Shown here piece after piece: positions 58,350-64,000 of a DNA stretch of 64,000 nt. Below the pieces are notes generated by a model. It was not told the DNA's origin, did no database searches, and saw nothing but the letters and a program-made list of their open reading frames with translations. How positions within the stretch are numbered: the stretch's first letter is position 1; each line of letters opens with the position of its first letter. The DNA comes from an uncultured Methanosarcinaceae archaeon (GTDB taxonomy: Archaea > Halobacteriota > Methanosarcinia > Methanosarcinales > Methanosarcinaceae): NCBI GenBank assembly GCA_963721455.1, contig CAVRJG010000053.1:64001-128000 (forward strand), in the 5' to 3' direction. The position numbers and the translations under genes were made by a program.

Positions 58350-59096
58350 ATGTCTAAACAAACGGTAAAGATACTCGGTATTCTGCTAGCAGTTTGTTTC
58401 TTAATGTCAGTAACAGCTGTGGCAGTAAGTGCAGCTCCTGCTGATAATGGGCGTCCAATATTAAAGGCAGCGGCGCTCAAAAAAGCGATGAGTGAAGAAT
58501 CGGGCTGTACAGAAACTGAACATCCACTATTAAAGGCAGCGGCGCTCAAAAAAGCGATGAGTGAAGAAGCGATGAGTGAAGAAGCAGGCTGCACAGAAAC
58601 TGAACGTCCACTATTAAAGGCAGCGGCGCTCAAAAAAGCGATGAGTGAAGAATCGGGCTACACAGAAACTGAACGTCCACTATTAAAGGCAGCGGCGCTC
58701 AAAAAAGCGATGAGTGAAGAAGCAGGCTGCACAGAAACTGAACGTCCACTATTAAAGGCAGCGGCGCTCAAAAAAGCGATGAATGAAGAAGCGATGAGTG
58801 AAGAATCGGGCTACACAGAAACTGAACGTCCACTATTAAAGGCAGCAGCGCTCAAAAAAGCAATGAGTGAAGAATCGGGCTGCACAGAAACTGAGCGTCC
58901 ACTATTAAAGGCAGCGGCGCTCAAAAAAGCAATGAGTGAAGAATCGGGCTGCACAGAAACTGAACGTCCACTATTAAAGGCAGCGGCGCTCAAAAAAGCA
59001 ATGAGTGAAGAATCGGGATGCACAGAAACTGAACGTCCACTATTAAAGGCAGCGGCGCTCAAAAAAGCAATGAGTGAAGATAATGATTATGACTAA
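58350..59096 (+). CDS. Secreted tandem-repeat protein: signal peptide plus 9 x RPLLKAAALKKAM separated by acidic spacers
   Basis: KILGILLAVCFLMSVTAVAVSA signal; 69-bp near-perfect repeats keeping frame, two 15-bp insertions. Confidence 0.8.
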   Translation: MSKQTVKILGILLAVCFLMSVTAVAVSAAPADNGRPILKAAALKKAMSEESGCTETEHPLLKAAALKKAMSEEAMSEEAGCTETERPLLKAAALKKAMSEESGYTETERPLLKAAALKKAMSEEAGCTETERPLLKAAALKKAMNEEAMSEESGYTETERPLLKAAALKKAMSEESGCTETERPLLKAAALKKAMSEESGCTETERPLLKAAALKKAMSEESGCTETERPLLKAAALKKAMSEDNDYD

Positions 59097-59114
59097 GAGG
59101 CTGTCTTAAAATTA

Positions 59115-59263
59115 GGTTCTGTTGCAAAAAATCTGGCTGTTTTACCAAACCAGTGAAAAACATCACAATTGGGATATTAAGATGTCATCAGCAGGTCAAT
59201 AATAACACAAAAAGAAATTATTATAGCCTAAAAGGGTAGTAAAATTATTTTTGCAACAGAACC
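59115..59263. mobile_element. 149-bp IS6-family-derived MITE next to a lone GAGGCTGTCTTAAAATT end (59097-59113)
   Basis: GGTTCTGTTGCAAAAA ... TTTTTGCAACAGAACC; homologous to 46688-46837. Confidence 0.85.
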
Positions 59264-59297
59264 TAGAAATAAAACCAGGAGAAGGGGGAGTTTATAA

Positions 59298-59384
59298 ATG
59301 GCTTGTAGGGGACTGGCACCACGTTGTGGTGTTGGATTTCACGCTGTCTGTATCAATGGATACTGGCGATGTATTGCACGTTAG
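59298..59384 (+). CDS. Putative 28-aa Cys-rich peptide MACRGLAPRCGVGFHAVCINGYWRCIAR
   Basis: Strong GGGGGAG RBS 7 nt before ATG; locally higher GC than flanks; below the ORF-track size cutoff. Confidence 0.55.
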   Translation: MACRGLAPRCGVGFHAVCINGYWRCIAR

Positions 59385-59540
59385 ACACAGTACTGTAGAA
59401 GGATAGGTAGAAGGATAGAAAACTTATTGTTTTAGCATTGAGATAAACGTGATAAAAATGCGAAACACGTCGTATCAGTAGCTCATTTCATCCTGAAGAA
59501 ATTCCGTTTAAAAACTTCTTACCAATCTTTCTATTTTTTT

Positions 59541-59709
59541 GGTATTTTAACGAAAGTACTGTAAAATCGTAATAGTAGCTAAACTGAGAAAACGCATAGA
59601 TTTTACCACAAAAACTATGCATTAGTGAAAAACGATAAATCCTGTTTTCTTGTGATGGAAAAAGAGATACAGAGTGATTCAGAATTTACAGAACTTTCGG
59701 TACGCTACC
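59541..59709. mobile_element. ~170-bp MITE with imperfect TIRs
   Basis: GGTATTTTAACGAAAGTACTGTAAAAT ... ATTTACAGAACTTTCGGTACGCTACC; a similar lone end at about 43540. Confidence 0.65.
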
Positions 59710-59715
59710 TTTTCA

Positions 59716-59851
59716 GGCAGTGTCGCGAATTTGCTGTAAATTCAAGGTTTATTTTTTTTGTACTGAGTACAATTCCGTTCTCTCAATATTGAATTTCCAA
59801 ACTACCAACTTTTTGAGATTTATGATTTTACAGAAAAATCGGCACATTGCC
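59716..59851. mobile_element. 136-bp MITE (GGCAGTGT-type ends)
   Basis: GGCAGTGTCGCGAATTTGCTGTAAA ... TTTACAGAAAAATCGGCACATTGCC. Confidence 0.8.
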
Positions 59852-59940
59852 TGCGTCTCATTGTAGGCAGAAGATTTATATTTCTCATAGTAATTGTCAA
59901 AGCGTTCCACAAGTTCAATTATTTGAGGAGGAGCAGGCAT
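59852..59940 (-). pseudogene. 5' stub of a probable type IIG restriction-modification enzyme
   Basis: MPAPPQIIELVERFDNYYEKYKSSAYNETQ resembles the N-terminus of fused REase-MTase proteins; cut exactly at the MITE end. Confidence 0.6.
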
Positions 59941-60172
59941 GGTATCACATTAAGTAATATTGAAAACAAAAAAAATTGATTTTTTATATTGTATAGAAGT
60001 AAAACTTCTAGTATAAATCGATATTTAAAGATTACTTGTTAAGTTCATTAATGAACTACGATGACAAAAAATAATTTATGAACTTTACAGCAGAAACCCG
60101 ATGAACAAGCTCTGGAGATTCTGAGGATTAGTCCGGGATAATTATTTACCCTCCTTTCCCCTATTTTTTCTC

Positions 60173-61270
60173 ATGATTTTTGACCCTATCACTGTCTGCA
60201 ACCTGGATCTCCAGAATCGATTTGTAAGGTCCGCTACACACGAATTTATGGCTGAAAAGGATGGAACGCCCACTTCCAGGCTCGGAGACCTTTACGAAGA
60301 GCTTGCAAAAAATGAAGTCGGGCTGATCATAACCGGCTATTCCTATGTTCTTCCTGGCGGGCAGAGTGACATTTATCAGCAGGGTATCTATGATGACCGT
60401 TTTATCGAACCTTACCTGAAAATAACAGACAGGGTGCACAGGTACAGAAGCAAGATCCTGCTCCAGATAGTGCATGGGGGAAGGCAGGCTAGTTTTTCGG
60501 ATGAATTTCCTGTCCCCATAGCCCCCTCAGGAATCAAAGACGGGCATTCGGCAGCTATCCCGAGGGAAATGACAGACGCGGAAATCCTGGCAGTAATCGA
60601 AGCTTTTACAAAAGCAGCCGTCAGGGCAAAAAAAGCAGGTTTTGACGGGGTGCAGCTCCACTGCGCCCACGGTTTCCTTTTAAGTAACTTCATTTCTCCC
60701 TATACGAACAGAAGGACTGACCGCTGGGGGGGCTCAGTGGAAAACCGGGCACGGATAGTCATGGAAATTGTCAGGCGTATAAAAGAGGAGGCCGGAGATG
60801 ATTTTCCAGTTCTGGTCAAGCTAAATGCAACGGATGGTTTCCGGCCTGGCTCTTTGAAGGGGGAACTGGGGCTTGATATTTCGCAGTCCGTAGAAATTGC
60901 AAAGCTTCTGGAGCAGGCAGGAGTATGCGCAATTGAGGTCAGCGGGGGAATAGGTGAGGCAGGTGGGGTAACTATAAGAACCGCAATCAACTCTCCTGCC
61001 AAAGAAGCATATTTCAAGGAATATTCTAAAGCAATCAAAGGTGCAGTGGACATTCCGGTTATCCTTGTAGGAGGCATCAGGTCTCTTTCTATTATTGACT
61101 ACCTGCTTGAGAACGGGTTTGCGGACCTGATTTCAATGAGCAGGGTATTCATCAGCGAACCTGATATTGTTTTGAAATTTAAATCAGGGGAGGCTAAAAA
61201 GGCAAGGTGCGTATCCTGTAATCTCTGTTTTGATCCAGAGGGGGTGAGGTGCAATTTCCAGTTTGACTGA
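60173..61270 (+). CDS. NADH:flavin oxidoreductase (old yellow enzyme family)
   Basis: NRFVRSAT, QIVHGGRQ, AGFDGVQLHCAHGFLLS.F.SP..N.RTD.WGGS, CVSCNLC. Confidence 0.92.
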   Translation: MIFDPITVCNLDLQNRFVRSATHEFMAEKDGTPTSRLGDLYEELAKNEVGLIITGYSYVLPGGQSDIYQQGIYDDRFIEPYLKITDRVHRYRSKILLQIVHGGRQASFSDEFPVPIAPSGIKDGHSAAIPREMTDAEILAVIEAFTKAAVRAKKAGFDGVQLHCAHGFLLSNFISPYTNRRTDRWGGSVENRARIVMEIVRRIKEEAGDDFPVLVKLNATDGFRPGSLKGELGLDISQSVEIAKLLEQAGVCAIEVSGGIGEAGGVTIRTAINSPAKEAYFKEYSKAIKGAVDIPVILVGGIRSLSIIDYLLENGFADLISMSRVFISEPDIVLKFKSGEAKKARCVSCNLCFDPEGVRCNFQFD

Positions 61271-61484
61271 AATCCGGGTAAGTGTAACCTTCCCATTATC
61301 CTTTACTCTTTACTTTCTGTCTTTACTGTTTTGTATTTTGGATTATGTTGTAAACAAACCTTAACGTATATTTTTTATAATAGATGGATGCAAAAGAGAT
61401 AAGCCTGAAAGGCTATCAACAGGACTCTGGTTTATATTTTTCTGCCGGGTCCGCTACCTTAAAACATTTGTGAGGGAAGTAATA

Positions 61485-62063
61485 ATGTCCGAAGAGAACC
61501 GTGTCGGTAGTAAGATACGCCAGCTTAGAGAAGCCCGGGATATGACCGTTGAAGAACTGGCCGAAGCCAGCCAGAGCAGCGTGGAATTAATCCAGCAGCT
61601 AGAAAAGGGAGCCCTGGTTCCGTCCTTAACGCCTCTTTTAAAGATTGCCCGAGCTTTAGGCGTCCGGCTAGGTACCTTTCTGGACGATGTGCCCCAGAGC
61701 GGACCTGTAATTGTCAGGGCAGGGCTGTCAGAAAATGTAGTCCGTTTTTCGGGGAAGACTGAAAGATCTAAGGAGAGTGCTCTTGAGTTTTATTCCCTTG
61801 CCTCGGATAAAGCAGACCGTCACATGGAGCCTTTTATCATTGATATCCACCCTTCTCCCGAGGAAAGCCACCAGATCTCTTCTCACGAAGGAGAGGAGTT
61901 CATTTATATCCTGTACGGGGAAATCGAGGTCTTCTATGGAAAGGATGTCCATAGGCTGAATGCAGGAGACAGCATTTACTATGACTCGATTATCCCGCAT
62001 GATGTCCATGCAGCAGGAAAAGAGGATGCAAGGATTCTGGCTGTAGTTTATGCTCCTCTGTAA
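61485..62063 (+). CDS. XRE-family HTH plus cupin transcriptional regulator
   Basis: KIRQLRE...LEKG...PSL..L.KIA.ALGV; HEGEEFIY...[10 protein letters not shown]. Confidence 0.9.
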   Translation: MSEENRVGSKIRQLREARDMTVEELAEASQSSVELIQQLEKGALVPSLTPLLKIARALGVRLGTFLDDVPQSGPVIVRAGLSENVVRFSGKTERSKESALEFYSLASDKADRHMEPFIIDIHPSPEESHQISSHEGEEFIYILYGEIEVFYGKDVHRLNAGDSIYYDSIIPHDVHAAGKEDARILAVVYAPL

Positions 62064-62169
62064 AGTCGCAGTCATGCAGAGAAGAGAGTAAAGACTTAAC
62101 TTAAACTAGCGGGAAGTTCCAGATTTGGAAAAATTAAATACAAGCATTTGAGAGTTAAGGGAATCCAAA

Positions 62170-62613
62170 ATGTTCAGTACAACTGTTAGTCCGCGCTTTG
62201 GGGACATAGACGGGCTTGGGCATATAAATAATACTGTCCTCCCGGTATGGTTCGAAATAGGAAGAAACTCCATATTCCGGCTTTTTTCGCCGGATCTTGA
62301 TCTTAGCCCTGATGTATGGCATCTGATCCTTGTCAGGACCGAGTTTGATTTCCTCCGCCAGATGTATTTCAGGTCTGATGTGGAGATCAGGACTTTTATT
62401 GCAAAGATAGGAAAGAGTTCCTTTACTGTCGGGCACGAGGCCTGGCAGGAAGGTGAACTTAAGGTAAGAGGTCAGGCAGTGCTGGTCTATTACGATTTCA
62501 AGCTCCAGAAAGCAAATCCTATCCCTGATTCGATCCGTGACATTCTGAAAGAACATATGTTTTCTGCGATGGACACTGCTGAAATGGATACGGATTCTCC
62601 TTGCTCTATTTGA
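62170..62613 (+). CDS. Acyl-CoA thioesterase (4HBT hot-dog fold)
   Basis: RFGDIDGLGHINN...WFE.GR, IGKSSF. Confidence 0.88.
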   Translation: MFSTTVSPRFGDIDGLGHINNTVLPVWFEIGRNSIFRLFSPDLDLSPDVWHLILVRTEFDFLRQMYFRSDVEIRTFIAKIGKSSFTVGHEAWQEGELKVRGQAVLVYYDFKLQKANPIPDSIRDILKEHMFSAMDTAEMDTDSPCSI

Positions 62614-63239
62614 ATGTACTTATGGAACGCCTGCAAATTGGGCTTTGGAGCATACGAGATATCTCTGCTCGCAAGTCAACAGTTTCCAAAAATATATAAT
62701 GCAAGTGAGAGGCTGAAACCATGCATCTTTATAGAAGACTCCCCGGATGTGTATTATAATTTGTATAATACTCCTCTTAGTTGTACCCTTCAGTCACCTT
62801 AAATTTTGCAGATTTAAAAGCGGCTGAAGGGCATGAAAGGGGGGAGTCACATTGAATGAATTATTAGAAAAGAGAGAACAGGGAAAGCTCCACGGTACGC
62901 AGGCGACCACAAACACGGAGATGTTTGGCGCATGTGGATCAGGGGATAACGCGGGGCAGAGAACCTGCGATGTCTTTTTTATTCCCATTATCTATAAGAG
63001 TTTCAGAATTACTTTCCTGATCGAAGATCAATTGATTATTCCAAATTCGAGATTTAGAGAAGCAATTTTTAGTTTTGGGATCAGCTCATTGTGTGCATAA
63101 GTTCTATGGGATAAAGTATCCTTAGCACGAAGGCTCTCAGAAATATATCCGTAGCTGTTTTCATTATTTTTTAAAAAAACGCTAAAGGTCTAAATAAATT
63201 AAAGGAGATGACCCTTTGAATAACAAAGAGGTCAGGTAA

Positions 63240-64000
63240 TTATAGATTTTTTCCGCCATAAGATCTAACATGCTTCCAGGCTTTATGGTGATTGGCAAAA
63301 AGATCCTTATCTACATATATCGCCTCATTATCCCTTTTGTATAGTGCTCTATCATTTCCTATTGGGCAAACCTTGATACATATACCACACGGTGAAATGT
63401 AACGCTTGTTTAATTCAGCACTATAAGAGGAACAGACTTTCTTATCTGTTAGTCCACTGGGGTAATCTTCCTTATTAAGAGCATTTGATGGGCACATTTT
63501 TACACAACGCATACAGCGGGTGCAAAGCTGAGTCTCCAACATTGGATCTGGAGGAAGCTCGGCTGTGGACAGAATTGAACCGAAACGAAGCCTGGGGCCA
63601 TACTCTGGTGTAAGGATCGTATTATTTACCCCAAAGTTCCTAATCCAGCGAGCAAAGCAGCATGCCTATGAGAAAAGAATGCAATGGGCTTTTCGAGGAG
63701 TACCTGAATGCTCCCATATCCATCTCCAGGTACGAAAATAGATGGGTATCCTCTATCGGTCAGGAAGTTGGCAAGTCGATATGTGTATTGATCCAATAAG
63801 GTATTTACAGTATTGTACAGTTCGCGGTAATATAAAGAGGGTGATGTTTCCAACACCGGTAGAGGGATAGGTAATCCAATAACTATCACTGATTTTGCTT
63901 CAGGATATATGGATTGAGGATAGAATTCTTCAGGCATCCATGGCAAAAAAGGAGGGTTATTCCATCTCTCAATACTGGCAACCCCAACCATGGGTATATC
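63240..64000 (-). CDS. Epoxyqueuosine reductase-like 4Fe-4S protein; starts beyond window edge, frameshift near 63630
   Basis: FSHRHAALLAGLG; NNTILTPEYGPRLRFGSIL in shifted frame; CTRCMRCVKMCP and CGICIKVCP. Confidence 0.82.

Noticed and set aside
58440-59080. Possible CRISPR array or non-coding repeat
   Set aside because: 69-bp units preserve one reading frame behind a signal peptide, and the intervening parts are near-identical rather than unique
62614-63100. Short ORFs after the thioesterase
   Set aside because: No recognisable motifs or convincing RBS; overlapping on both strands

Overview
Chromosomal window from a Methanosarcina-type methanogenic archaeon. Evidence: fpoM-N-O at the end of the F420H2 dehydrogenase operon, an archaeal rpl7ae-rps28e-rpl24e-ndk-aIF5B-rps6e cluster, pdxST, and bacterial-type gyrBA next to archaeal top6BA. 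Accessory material between these blocks includes an MntA-HepT toxin-antitoxin pair plus a decayed second pair, surface proteins, a PAS/HisKA_2 kinase, an AT-rich island (about 42.4-50.9 kb) of orphan genes, and many short inverted-repeat elements (MITEs) of several families. The most striking observation is a two-gene module at 26.7-29.85 kb. An NLR-like STAND ATPase with about 10 tandem 40-aa TPR repeats and its small upstream neighbour share a 22-aa Gly/Asn/Gln-rich motif at their N-termini (GNFTQGNISGQSAIGENITQIK vs GDVHIGDVSGQFAIGKNISQIQ). This resembles amyloid (RHIM/BASS-like) receptor-effector signalling, but with the motif at the effector N-terminus. Also notable: a secreted precursor-like protein with nine cationic-helix repeats, an unannotated 28-aa four-Cys ORF next to it, a Gly/Cys-rich micro-protein, and several structured non-coding regions. 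Many frameshifts fall in homopolymers or repeats, so some 'pseudogenes' may be sequencing or assembly errors. All family assignments are by motif recognition, not database search.
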